From Eledone cirrhosa (Eukaryota): DNA of 64,000 nt. The translations under genes and the position numbers were made by a program. Shown in pieces: positions 11,361 through 24,800 of the stretch (positions are counted from its first letter, which is position 1; every line of letters starts with the position of its first letter). The notes beneath the pieces were generated by a model. That model saw nothing but the letters and a program-made list of their open reading frames with translations. It was not told the origin of the DNA and made no database searches. The DNA is taken from assembly GCA_964016885.1 (NCBI GenBank), contig OZ024759.1, positions 26,970,001-27,034,000 on the forward strand, written 5' to 3'.

Positions 11361-14300
11361 ATGAAACTCTGTCATGTAATGTTATCGACATATCTGCCCT
11401 TGGGGCTAATAATTGTCATGTAATGTTATGGACATCTCTGCCCCTGTGGCTAATAATTCTGTCATGTAATGTTATGGACATCTCTGCCCCTGTGGCTAAT
11501 AATTCTGTCATGTAATGTTATGGACATCTCTGCCCCTGTGGTTAATAATTCTGAGAGAGATAAAACAAGTGAGGGATTAGAGTGTTGAAACAAGAGAGAG
11601 AGAGGAAGAGAGAGAGAGAGCGAGATGAAATGAGACAGGGAGAGCGAGATGAAACGCGAGAGTGAGAGAAGCGATATGAAACGAGAGAGTGAGAGCGAGA
11701 TGAAACGAGAGAGAGAGAGAGCGAGATGAAACGAGACAGAGAGAGCGAGATGTAATGAGAGAGAGAGAGAGAGAGCGGGATGGAACGAGACAGAGAGGAA
11801 ACGAGAGAGAGAGGAAACGAGAGTAGAGAGCGAGATGAAACAGGAGAGAGAGAGCGAGATGAAACGAGAGGGAGAGAGAGATGAAACGAGGGAGATAGAG
11901 ATGAAACGAGAGAGAGGAAGAGAGAGATGGAACGAGAGAGAGGAAGACAGAGATGAAACGAGAGAGAGAGAGAGATGAAACGAGAGAGAGAGAGCGCGAG
12001 ATGAAACGAGAGAGAGAGAGCGCGAGATGAAACGACAGAGAGAGAGAGAGATGAAAGGAGGGAGATAGAGATGAAACGAGAGAGAGGAAGAGAGAGATGG
12101 AACGAGCGAGAGGAAGAGAGAGATGGAACGAGAGAGAGGAAGACAGAGATGAAACGAGAGAGAGCGAGATGAAACGAGAGAGAGAGAGAGCGAGATGAAA
12201 CGAGAGAGAGGAAGAGAGAGAGCGCCAGATGAAACTCTGTCATGTAATGTTATGGACATATCTGCCCTTGGGGCTAATAATTGTCATGTAATGTTATGGA
12301 CATCTCTGCCCCTGTGGCTAATAATTCTGTCATGTAATGTTATGGACATCTCGGCCCCTGTGGCTAATAATTCTGACATGTAATGTTATGGACATCTCTG
12401 CCCCTGTGGCTAATAATTCTGACATGTAATGTTATGGACATCTCTGCCCCTGTGGCTAATAATTCTGTCATGTAATGTTATGGACATCTCTGCCCCTGTG
12501 GCTAATAATTCTGCCATGTAATGTTATGGACATCTCTGCCCCTGTGGCTAATAATTCTGCCATGTAATGTTATGGACATCTCTGCCCCTGTGGCTAATAA
12601 TTCTGACATGTAATGTTATGGACATCTCTGCCCTGTGGCTAATAATTCTGACATGTAATGTTATGGACATCTCTGCCCCTGTGGCTAATAATTCTGAGAG
12701 AGATGAAACAAGTGAGGGATTAGAGAGAGATAAAACAAGTGAGGGATTAGAGTGTTGAAACAAGAGAGAGAGAGGAAGAGAGAGAGAGAGCGAGATGAAA
12801 TGAGACAGGGAGAGCGAGATGAAACACGAGAGTGAGAGAAGCGAGATGAAACGAGAGAGTGAGAGCGAGATGAAACGAGAGAGAGAGAGAGCGAGATGAA
12901 ACGAGACAGAGAGAGCGAGATGTAATGAGAGAGAGAGAGAGCGGGATGGAACGAGACAGAGAGGAAACGAGAGAGAGGAAACGAGAGTAGAGAGCGAGAT
13001 GAAACGAGAGGGAGAGAGAGATGAAACGAGAGAGAGCAAGAGAGAGATGGAACGAGAGAGAGGAAGACAGAGATGAAACGAGAGAGAGAGAGAGCGAGAT
13101 GAAACTCTGTCATGTAATGTTATGGACATATCTGCCCTTGGGGCTAATAATTGTCATGTAATGTTATGGACATCTCTGCCCCTGTGGCTAATAATTCTGT
13201 CATGTAATGTTATGGACATCTCTGCCCCTGTGGCTAATAATTTTGTCATGTAATGTTATGGACATCTCTGCCCCTGTGGCTAATAATTCTGACATGTAAT
13301 GTTATGGACATCTCTGCCCTGTGGCTAATAATTCTGACATGTAATGTTATGGACATCTCTGCCCCTGTGGCTAATAATTCTAAGAGAGATGAAACAAGTG
13401 AGGGATTAGAGAGAGATAAAAAAGTGAGGGATTAGAGTGTTGAAACAAGAGAGAGAGAGGAAGAGAGAGAGAGAGAGCGAGATGAAATGAGACAGGGAGA
13501 GCGAGATGAAACGAGACAGAGAGGAAACGAGAGAGAGGAGACGAGAGTAGAGAGCGAGATGAAACAGAAGAGAGAGAGCGAGATGAAACGAGAGGGAGAG
13601 AGAGATGAAACGAGTGAGCGAGAGAGAGATGAAACGAGAGAGATAGAGATGAAACGAGAGAGAGGAAGAGAGAGATGGAACGAGAGAGAGGAAGAGAGAG
13701 AGGAAGACAGAGATGAAACGAGAGAGAGAGCGAGATGAAATGAGAGAGAGAGAGCGCGAGATGAAACGAGAGAGAGAGAGAGCGCGAGATGAAACGACAG
13801 AGAGAGAGACAGATGAAAGGAGGGAGATAAAGATGAAACGAGAGAGAGGAAGAGAGAGATGGAACGAGAGAGAGGAAGAGAGAGAGGAAGACAGAGATGA
13901 AACGAGAGAGAGAGAGAGCGAGAGGAAACGAGAGAGAGAGAGCGCAAGATGAAACGAGAGAGAGAGAGCGCGAGATGAAACTCTGTCATGTAATGTTATT
14001 GACATATCTGCCTCTGTGGCTAATAATTGTCATGTAATGTTATGGTCATCTCTGCCCCTGTGGCTAATAATTCTGTCATGTAATGTTATGGACATCTCTG
14101 CCCCTGTGGTTAATAATTCTGACATGTAATGTTATGGTCATCTCTGCGCCTGTGGCTAATAATTCTGAGAGAGATGAAACAAGTGAGGGATTAGAGTGTT
14201 GAAACAAGAGAGAGAGAGCGAGATGAAATGAGAGAGTGTGAGCGAGATGAAACGAGACAGGGAGAGCGAGATGAAACGAGAGAGTGAGAGCGAGATGAAA

Positions 14301-17300
14301 CGAGAGAGTGAGAGCGAGATGAAACGAGAGAGAGAGAGCGAGATGAAATGAGAGAGAGAGAGCGAGATGAAATGAGAGAGAGAGAGCGAGATGAAACGAG
14401 ACAGAGAGAGAACGAGATGAAACGAGAGAGTGAGAGCGAGATGAAACGAGAGAGAGAGAGCGAGATGAAACGGGAGGGAGAGAGAGATGAAACGAGAGAG
14501 AGTGGAAACGAGAGTAGAGAGCGAGATGAAACAGGAGAGAGAGAGAGCGAGATGAAACAGGAGAGAGAGAGCGAGATGAAACGAGAGGGAGAGAGAGATG
14601 AAACGAGAGAGCGAGAGAGAGATGAAACGAGAGAGAGGAAGAGAGAGATGGAACGAGAGAGAGGAAGATAGAGATGGAACGAGAGAGAGGAAGACAGAGA
14701 TGAAACGAGAGAGAGAGAGAGCGAGATGAAACAGGAGAGAGAGAGCGAGATGAAACGAGAGGGAGAGAGAGATGAAACGAGAGAGCGAGAGAGAGATGAA
14801 ACAAGGGAGATAGAGATGAAACGAGAGAGAGGAAGAGAGAGATGGAACGAGAGAGAGGAAGAGAGAGATGGAACGAGAGAGAGGAAGACAGAGATGAAAC
14901 GAGAGAGCGAGATGAAACGAGAGAGAGAGAGAGCGAGAAGAAACGAGAGAGAGGAAGAGAGAGAGCGCCAGATGAAACTCTGTCATGTAATGTTATGGAC
15001 ATATCTGCCCTTGGGGCTAATAATTGTCATGTAATGTTATGGACATCTCTGCCCCTGTGGCTAATAATTCTGAGAGAGATGAAACAAGTGAGGGATTAGA
15101 GAGAGATAAAACAAGTGAGGGATTAGAGTGTTAAAACAAGAGAGAGAGAGAGCGAGATGAAACGCGATAGTGAGAGAAGCGAGATGAAACGAGAGAGTGA
15201 GAGCGAGATGAAACGAGAGAGAGAGAGAGCGAGATGAAACGAGACAGAGAGAGCGAGATGTAATGAGAGAGAGAGCGAGCGGGATGGAACGAGACAGAGA
15301 GGAAACGAGAGTAGAGAGCGAGATGAAACGAGAGGGAGAGAGAGATGAAACGAGAGAGCGAGAGAGAGATGAAACCAGGGAGATAGAGATGAAATGAGAG
15401 AGAGGAAGAGAGAGATGGAACGAGAGAGAGGAAGACAGAGATGAAACGAGAGAGAGAGAGAGCGAGATGAAACGAGACAGAGAGAGCGCGAGATGAAACG
15501 AGAGAGAGAGAGCACGAGATGAAACGACAGAGAGAGAGACAGATGAAAGGAGGGAGATAGAGATAAAACGAGAGAGAGGATGAGAGAGATGGAACGAGAG
15601 AGAGGAAGAGAGAGATGGAACGAGAGAGAGGAAGACAGAGATGAAACGAGAGAGAGAGAGAGCAAGATGAAACGAGAGAGAGAGAGCGCGAGATGAAACT
15701 CTATCATGTAATGTTATTGATATATCTGCCCCTGTGGCTAATAATTGTCATGTAATGTTATGGTCATCTCTGCCCCTGTGGCTAATAATTCTGTCATGTA
15801 ATGTTATGGACGTCTCCGCCCCTGTGGCTAATAACTCTGACATGTAATGTTATGGACATCTCTGCCCTGTGGCTAATAATTCTGACATGTAATGTTATGG
15901 ACATCTCTGCCCCTGTGGCTAATAATTCTGAGAGAGATGAAACAAGTGAGGGATTAGAGAGAGATAAAACAAGTGAGGGATTAGAGTGTTGAAACAGGAG
16001 AGAGAGAGCGAGATGAAACGCGATAGTGAGAGAGGCGAGATGAAACGAGAGAGTGAGAGCGAGATGAAACGGGACAGAGAGAGCGAGATGTAATGAGAGA
16101 GAGAGAGAGCGGGATGGAACGAGACAGAGAGGAAACGAGAGTAGAGAGCGAGATGAAACGAGAGGGAGAGAGAGATGAAACGAGAGAGCGAGAGAGAGAT
16201 GAAACGAGGGAGATAGAGATGAAACGAGAGAGAGGAAGAGAGAGATGGAACGAGAGAGAGGAAGACAGAGATGAAACGAGAGAGAGAGAGAGCGAGATGA
16301 AACGAGAGAGAGAGAGCGCAAGATGAAACGAGAGAGAGAGAGCGCGAGATGAAACGACAGAGAGAGAGACAGATGAAAGGAGGGAGATAGAGATGAAACG
16401 AGAGAGAGGAAGAGAGAGATGGAACGAGAGAGAGGAAGACAGAGATGAAACGAGAGAGAGAGCGAGATGAAACGAGAGAGAGGAAGAGAGAGAGCGCGAG
16501 ATGAAACTCTCTCATGTAATGTTATCGACATATCTGCCCTTGGGGCTAATAATTGTCATGTAATGTTATGGACATCTCTGCCCCTATGGCTAATAATTCT
16601 GTCATGTAATGTTATGGACATCTCTGCCCCTGTGGCTAATAATTCTGTCATGTAATGTTATGGACATCTCTGCCCCTGTGGCTAATAATTCTGACATGTA
16701 ATGTTATGGACATCTCTGCCCCTGTGGCTAATAATTCTGCCATGTAATGTTATGGACATCTCTGCCCTGTGGCTAATAATTCTGACATGTAATGTTATGG
16801 ACATCTCTGCCCCTGTGGCGAATAATTCTGAGAGAGATGAACCAAGTGAGGGATTAGAGAGAGATAAAACAAGTGAGGGATTAGAGTGTTGAAACAAGAG
16901 AGAGAGAGGAAGGGAGAGAGAGAGCGAGATGAAACAAGAGAGTGAGAGAAGCGAGATGAAACGAGAGAGTGAGAGCGAGATCAAACGAGAAAGAGAGACA
17001 GCGAGATGAAACGAGACAGAGAGGAAACGAGAGAGAGAGGAAATGAGAGAGAGGAAACGAGAGTAGAGAGCGAGATGAAACAGGAGAGAGAGAGCGAGAA
17101 GAAACGAGCGGGAGAGAGAGATGAAACGAGAGAGCGAGAGAGAGATGAAACGAGGGAGATAGAGATGAAACGAGAGAGAGGAAGAGAGAGATGGAACGAG
17201 AGAGAGGAAGACAGAGATGAAACGAGAGAGAGAGAGAGCGAGATAAAACGAGACAGAGAGAGCGCGAGATGAAACGAGAGAGAGAGAGCGCGAGATGAAA

Positions 17301-18880
17301 CGACAGAGAGAGAGACAGATGAAAGGAGGGAGATAGAGATGAAACGAGAGAGAGGATGAGAGAGATGGAACGAGAGAGAGGAAGAGAGAGATGGAACGAG
17401 AGAGAGGAAGACAGAGATGAAACGAGAGAGAGAGCAGGATGAAACGAGAGAGAGAGAGCGCAAGATGAAACGAGAGAGAGAGAGCGCGAGATGAAACTCT
17501 GTCATGTAATGTTATTGACATATCTGTCCCTGTGGCTAATAATTGTCATGTAATGTTATGGTCATCTCTGCCCCTGTGGCTAATAATTCTGTCATGTAAT
17601 GTTATGGACATCTCTGCCCTTGTGGCTAATAATTCTGAGATATATTAAACAAGTGAGGGATTAGAGTGTTGAAACAAGAGAGAGAGAGCGAGAAGAAATG
17701 AGAGAGTGAGAGCGGGATGAAATGAGAGAGAGAGAGCGAGATGAAACGGGAGGGAGAGAGAGATGAAAAGAGAGAGGAAACGAGAGTAGAGAGCGAGATG
17801 AAACAAGAGAGAGAGAGAGCGAGATGAAACAGGAGAGAGAGAGCGAGATGAAACGAGAGGGAGAGAGAGATGAAACGAGAGAGCGAGAGAGAGATGAAAC
17901 AAGGGAGATAGAGATGAAACGAGAGAGAGGAAGAGAGAGATGGAACGAGAGAGAGGAAGAGAGAGATGGCACGAGAGAGAGGAAGACAGAGATGAAACGA
18001 GAGAGAGAGAGCGAGATGAAACGAGAGAGAGAGAGCGCGACATGAAACGAGAGAGAGAGAGCGCTAGATGAAACGACAGAGAGCGAGACAGATGAAAGAA
18101 GGGAGATAGAGATGAAACGAGAGAGAGGAAGAGAGAGATGGAACGAGAGACAGGAAGACAGAGATGAAACGAGAGAGAGAGAGAGCAAGATGAAACGAGA
18201 GAGAGAGAGAGCGCAAGATGAAACGAGAGAGAGGAAGAGAGAGATGGAACGAGAGAGAGGAAGAGAGAGATGGCACGAGAGAGAGGAAGACAGAGATGAA
18301 ACGAGAGAGAGAGAGCGAGATGAAACGAGAGAGAGAGAGCGCAAGATGAAACGAGAGAGAGAGAGCGCGAGATGAAACGACAGAGAGAGAGACAGATGAA
18401 AGAACGGAGATAGAGATGAAACGAGAGAGAGGAAGAAAGAGATGGAACGAGAGAGAGGAAGAGAGAGATGGAACGAGAGAGAGGAAGACAGAGATGAAAC
18501 GAGAGAGAGAGAGAGCGAGATGAAACGAGAGAGAGGAAGACAGAGATGAATCGAGAGAGAGGGAGAGCGAGATGAAACGAGAGAGAGAGCGCGCAAGATG
18601 AAACTCTGTCATGTAATGTTATTGACATATCTGCCCCTGTGGCTAATAATTGTCATGTAATGTTATGGTCATCTCTGCCCCTGTGGCTAATAATTCTGTC
18701 ATGTAATGTTATGGACATCTCTGCCCCTGTGGCTAATAATTCTGACATGTAATGTTATGGACATCTCTGCCCTTGTGGCTAATAAATCTGACATGTAATG
18801 TTATGGAAATCTCTGCCCCTGTGGCTAATAATTCTGTCATGTAATGTTATGGAAATCTCTGCCCCTATGGCTAATAAATC
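11361..18880 (+). repeat. Composite satellite, left arm: 46-bp arrays alternating with 8 GA-rich blocks
   Basis: Unit tgtcatgtaatgttatggacatctctgcccctgtggctaataattc (46 bp, ~2-10 per array), then linker gatgaaacaagtgagggattagag, then 0.4-1 kb of gagatgaaac(ga)n variants. Confidence 0.96.
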
Positions 18881-18881
18881 A

Positions 18882-21800
18882 GAATTATTAGCCACAGGGG
18901 CAGAGATGTCCATAACATTACATGTCAGAATTATTAGCCACAGGGGCAGAGATGTCCATAACATTACATGACAGATTTATTAGCCACAGGGGCAGAGATG
19001 TCGATAACATTACATGTCAGATTTATTAGCCACAGGGGCAGAGATGTCCATAACATTACATGTCAAAATTATTAGCCACAGGGGCAGAGATGTCCATAAC
19101 ATTACATGACAGATTTATTAGCCACAGGGGCAGAGATGTCCATAACATTACATGACAGAATTATTAGCCACAGGGGCAGAGATGTCCATAACATTACATG
19201 ACAGAATTATTAGCCACAGGGGCAGAGATTTCCATAACATTACATGACAATTATTAGCCCCAAGGGCAGATATGTCCATAACATTACATGACAGACTTTC
19301 ATCTCGCGCTCTCTCTCTCTCGTTTCATCTCACGCTCTCTCTCTTCCTCTCTCTCGTTTCATCTCGCGTTCTCTCTCTTCCTCTCTCTCGTTTCATCTCG
19401 CTCTCTCTCTCGTTTCATCTCTGTCTTCCTCTCTCTCGTTCCATCTCTCTCTTCCTCTCTCTCGTTCCATCTCTCTCTTCCTCTCTCTCGTTTCATCTCT
19501 CTCTCTCTCGTGTCATCTCTATCTCCCTCGTTTCATCTGTCTCTCTCTCTGTCGTTTCATCTCCCTCTATCTCTCTCTCGCTCTCTCGTTTCATCTCTCT
19601 CTCCCTCTCGTTTCATCTCGCTCTCTCTCTCCTGTTTCATCTCGCTCTCTCTCTCCTGTTTCATCTCGCTCTCTACTCTCGTTTCCTCTCTCTCGTATCC
19701 TCTCTCTCGTTTCCTCTCTCTCTCGTTTCCTCTCTCTCTCGTTTCCTCTAGCTCTCACTCTCTCGTTTCATCTCGCTCTCTCTCTCTCATTTCATCTCGC
19801 TCTCTCTCTCTCGTTTCATCTCGCTCTAACCTGTCTCGTTTCATTTCGCTCTCTCTCTCTCTCGTTTCATTTCGCTCTCTCTGTCTCATTTCATCTCGCT
19901 CTCTCTCTCTCATTTCAACTCGCTCTCTCTCTCTCATTTCATCTCGCTCTCTCTCTCTCGTTTCATATCGCTCTCACTCTCTCATTTCATCTCGCTCTCT
20001 CTCTCTCGTTTGATCTCGCTCTCACTCTCTCTTCCTCTCTCTCTCTTGTTTCAACACTCTAATCCCTCACTTGTTTCATCTCTCTCTTATCCCTCACTTG
20101 TTTCATCTCTCTCAGAATTATTAGCCACAGGGGCAGAGATATCCATAACATTACATGTCAGAATTATTAGCCACAGGGGCAGAGATGTCCATAACATTAC
20201 ATGACAGATTTATTAGCCACAGGGGCGGAGATGTCCATAACATTACATGACGAATTTATTAGCCACAGGGGCAGAGATCTCCATAACATTACATGACAGA
20301 ATTATTAGCCACAGGGGCAGAGATGTCCATAACATTACATGACAGAATTATTTGCCACAGGGGCAGAGATGTACATAACATTACATGACAATTATTAGCC
20401 CCAAGGGCAGATATGTCCATAACATTACATGACAATTATTAGCCCCAAGGGCAGATATGTCCATAACATTACATGACAGACTTTCATCTCGCGCTCTCTC
20501 TCTTCCTCTCTCTCGTTTCATCTCGCTCTCTCTCTCTCGTTTCATCTCGCTCTCTCTCTCTCTCGTTTCATCTCGCGCTCTCTCTCTTCCTCTCTCTCGT
20601 TTCATCTCGCTCTCTCTCTCGTTTCATATCTGTCTTCCTCTCTCTCGTTCCATCTCTCTATTCCTCTCTCTCTCGTTTCATCTAGCTATCACTCTCCCGT
20701 TTCATCTCCCTCTATCTCTCTCTCGCTCTCTCGTTTCATCTCTCCCTCCCTCTCATTTCATCTCGCTCTCTCTCTCCGGTTTCATCTCGCTCTCTCTCTC
20801 TCCTGTTTCATCTTGCTCTCTACTCTCGTTTCCTCTCTCTCGTTTCCTCTCTCTCGTTTCCTCTATCTCTCGTTTCCTCTCTCTCTCGTTTCATCTAGCT
20901 CTCACTCTCTCGTTTCATCTCGCTCTCTCTGACTCGTTCCATCTCGCTCTCACTCTCTCGTTTCATCTCGCTCTCTCTCTCTCATTTCATCTCGCTCTCT
21001 CTCTCTCATTTCATCTCGATCTCTCTGTCTCGTTTCATCCCGCTCTCTCTGTCTCGTTTCATCTCGCTCTCTCTCTCTCATTTCATCTCGCTCTCTCTCT
21101 CTCATTTCATCTCGCTCTCTCTCTCTCTCTCGTTTCATCTCACTCTCAATCTCTCATTTCATCTCGCTCTCTCTCTCTCATTTCATCTCGCGCTCTCTCT
21201 CTTCCTCTCTCTCGTTTCATCTCGCGCTCTCTCTCTTCCTCTCTCTCGTTTCATCTCGCTCTCTCTCTCTCGTTTCATCTTGCGCTCTCTCTCTTCCTCT
21301 CTCTCGTTTCATCTCGCGCTCTCTCTCTTCCTCTCTCTCGTTTCATCTTGCTCTCTCCCTCTCTCTTTTCATCTCGCGTTCTCTCTCTTCCTCTCTCTCG
21401 TTTCATCTCTGTCTTCCTCTCTCTCGTTCCATCTCTCTCTTCCTCTCTCTCGTTCCATCTCTCTCTTCCTCTCTCTCGTTTCATCTCTCTCTCTCGTTTC
21501 ATCTCTATCTCCCTCGTTTCATCTGTCTCTCTCTCTGTCGTTTCATCTCCCTCTATCTCTCTCTCGCTCTCTCGTTTCATCTCTCTCTCCCTCTTGTTTC
21601 ATCTCGCTCTCTCTCTCCTGTTTCATCTCGCTCTCTCTCTCCTGTTTCATCTCGCTCTCTACTCTCGTTTCCTCTCTCTCGTATCCTCTCTCTCGTTTCC
21701 TCTCTCTCTCGTTTCCTCTCTCTCTCGTTTCCTCTAGCTCTCACTCTCTCGTTTCATCTCGCTCTCTCTCTCTCATTTCATCTCGCTCTCTCTCTCTCGT

Positions 21801-24800
21801 TTCATCTCGCTCTAATCTGTCTCGTTTCATTTCGCTCTCTCTCTCTCTCGTTTCATTTCGCTCTCTCTGTCTCGTTTCATCTCGCTCTCTCTCTCTCATT
21901 TCAACTCGCTCTCACTCTCTCATTTCATCTCGCTCTCTCTCTCTCGTTTGATCTCGCTCTCACTCTCTCTTCCTCTCTCTCTCTTGTTTCAACACTCTAA
22001 TCCCTCACTTGTTTCATCTCTCTCTTATCCCTCACTTGTTTCATCTCTCTCAGAATTATTAGCCACAGGGGCAGAGATATCCATAACATTACATGTCAGA
22101 ATTATTAGCCACAGGGGCACAGATGTCCATAACATTACATGACAGATTTATTAGCCACAGGGGCGGAGATGTCCATAACATTACATGACGAATTTATTAG
22201 CCACAGGGGCAGAGATGTCCATAACATTACATGACAGAATTATTAGCCACAGGGGCAGAGATGTCCATAACATTACATGACAGAATTATTTGCCACAGGG
22301 GCAGAGATGTACATAACATTACATGACAATTATTAGCCCCAAGGGCAGATATGTCCATAACATTACATGACAATTATTAGCCCCAAGGGCAGATATGTCC
22401 ATAACATTACATGACAGACTTTCATCTCGCGCTCTCTCTCTTCCTCTCTCTCGTTTCATCTCGCTCTCTCTCTCTCGTTTCATCTCGCTCTCTCTCTCTC
22501 TCGTTTCATCTCGCGCTCTCTCTCTTCCTCTCTCTCGTTTCATCTCGCTCTCTCTCTCTCTCGTTTCATATCTCTCTTCCTCTCTCTCGTTCCATCTCTC
22601 TATTCCTCTCTCTCTCGTTTCATCTAGCTATCACTCTCTCGTTTCATCTCCCTCTATCTCTCTCTCGCTCTCACGTTTCATCTCTCCCTCCCTCTCATTT
22701 CATCTCGCTCTCTCTCTCCGGTTTCATCTCGCTCTCTCTCTCTCCTGTTTCATCTTGCTCTCTACTCTCGTTTCCTCTCTCTCGTTTCCTCTCTCTCGTT
22801 TCCTCTCTCTCTCATTTCCTCTCTCTCTCGTTTCATCTAGCTCTCACTCTCTCGTTTCATCTCGCTCTCTCTGACTCGTTCCATCTCGCTCTCACTCTCT
22901 CGTTTCATCTCGCTCTCTCTCTCTCTCATTTCATCTCGCTCTCTCTCTCTCATTTCATCTCGATCTCTCTGTCTCGTTTCATCCCGCTCTCTCTGTCTCG
23001 TTTCATCTCGCTCTCTCTCTCTCATTTCATCTCGCTCTCTCTCTCTCATTTCATCTCGCTCTCTCTCTCTCTCTCGTTTCATCTCACTCTCAATCTCTCA
23101 TTTCATCTCGCTCTCTCTCTCTCATTTCATCTCGCGCTCTCTCTCTTCCTCTCTCTCGTTTCATCTCGCGCTCTCTCTCTTCCTCTCTCTCGTTTCATCT
23201 CGCTCTCTCTCTCTCGTTTCATCTTGCGCTCTCTCTCTTCCTCTCTCTCGTTTCATCTCGCTCTCTCTCTCTCATTTCATCTCGATCTCTCTGTCTCGTT
23301 TCATCCCGCTCTCTCTGTCTCGTTTCATCTCGCTCTCTCTCTCTCATTTCATCTCGCTCTCTCTCTCTCATTTCATCTCGCGCTCTCTCTCTTCCTCTCT
23401 CTCGTTTCATCTCGCGCTCTCTCTCTTCCTCTCTCTCGTTTCATCTCGCTCTCTCTCTCTCTCTCGTTTCATCTTGCGCTCTCTCTCTTCCTCTCTCTCG
23501 TTTCATCTCGATCTCTCTCTGTCTCGTTTCATCTCTGTCTTCCTCTCGCTCGTTCCATCTCTCTCTTCCTCTCTCTCGTTCCATCTCTCTCTTCCTCTCT
23601 CTCGTTTCATCTCTCTCTCTCGTTTCATCTCTGGCTTCCTCTCTCTCGTTCCATCTCCCTCTTCCTCTCTCTCGTTCCATCTCTCTCTTCCTCTCTCTCG
23701 TTTCATCTCTCTCTCTCGTTTCATCTCTATCTCCCGCGTTTCATCTGTCTCTCTCTCTGTCGTTTCATCTCCCTCTATCTCTCTCTCGCTCTCTCGTTTC
23801 ATCTCTCTCTCCCTCTCGTTTCATCTCGCTCTCTCTCTCCTGTTTCATCTCGCTCTCTCTCTCCTGTTTCATCTCGCTCTCTACTCTCGTTTCCTCTCTC
23901 TCGTTTCGTCTCTCTCGTTTCCTCTCTCTCTCGTTTCATCTAGCTCTCCCACTCTCGTTTCATCTCGCTCTCTCTGTCTCGTTCCATCTCGCTCTCACTC
24001 TCTCGTTTCATCTCGCTCTCTCTCTCTCATTTCATCTCGCTCTCTCTCTCTCATTTCATCTCGCTCTCTCTCTCTCGTTTCATCTCGCTCTCTCTGTCTC
24101 GTTTCATCTCGCTCTCGCTCTCTCTGTCTCGTTTCATCCCGCTCTCTCTCTCTCATTTCATCTCGCTCTCTCTCTCTCATTTCATCTCGCTCTCTCTCTC
24201 TCTCTCGTTTCATCTCGCTCTCACTCTCTCATTTCATCTCGCTCTCTCTCGTTTGATTTCGCTCTCACTCTCTCTTCCTCTCTCTCTCTTGTTTCAACAC
24301 TCTAATCCCTCACTTGTTTCATCTCTCTCAGAATTATTAGCCACAGGGGCAGAGATGTCCATAACATTACATGTCAGAATTATTAGCCACAGGGGCAGAG
24401 ATGTCCATAACATTACATGACAGATTTATTAGCCACAGGGGCAGAGATGTCCATAACATTACATGACGAATTTATTAGCCACAGGGTCAGAGATGTCCAT
24501 AACATTACATGTCAGAATTATTAGCTACAGGGGCAGAGATGTCCATAACATTACATGTCAGAATTATTAGCCACAGGGGCAGAGATGTCCATAACATTAC
24601 ATGACAGATTTATTAGCCACAGGGGCAGAGATGTCCGTAACATTAAATGACAGATTTATTAGCCACAGGGGCAGAGATTCCATAACATTACATGTCAGAA
24701 TTATTAGCCACAGGGGCAGAGATTTCCATAACATTACATGACAGAATTATTAGCCACAGGGGCAGAGATGTCCATAACATTACATGACAGAATTATTAGC

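Noticed and set aside
12710-12760. Telomere-like gagggattagag linker
   Set aside because: No tandem TTAGGG or TTAGG; it is a module linker.
11361-18880. CRISPR-like appearance (conserved repeats separated by variable blocks)
   Set aside because: The 46-mers are directly tandem, the intervening blocks are long, mutually homologous and low-complexity, there are no cas genes, and the context is eukaryotic.
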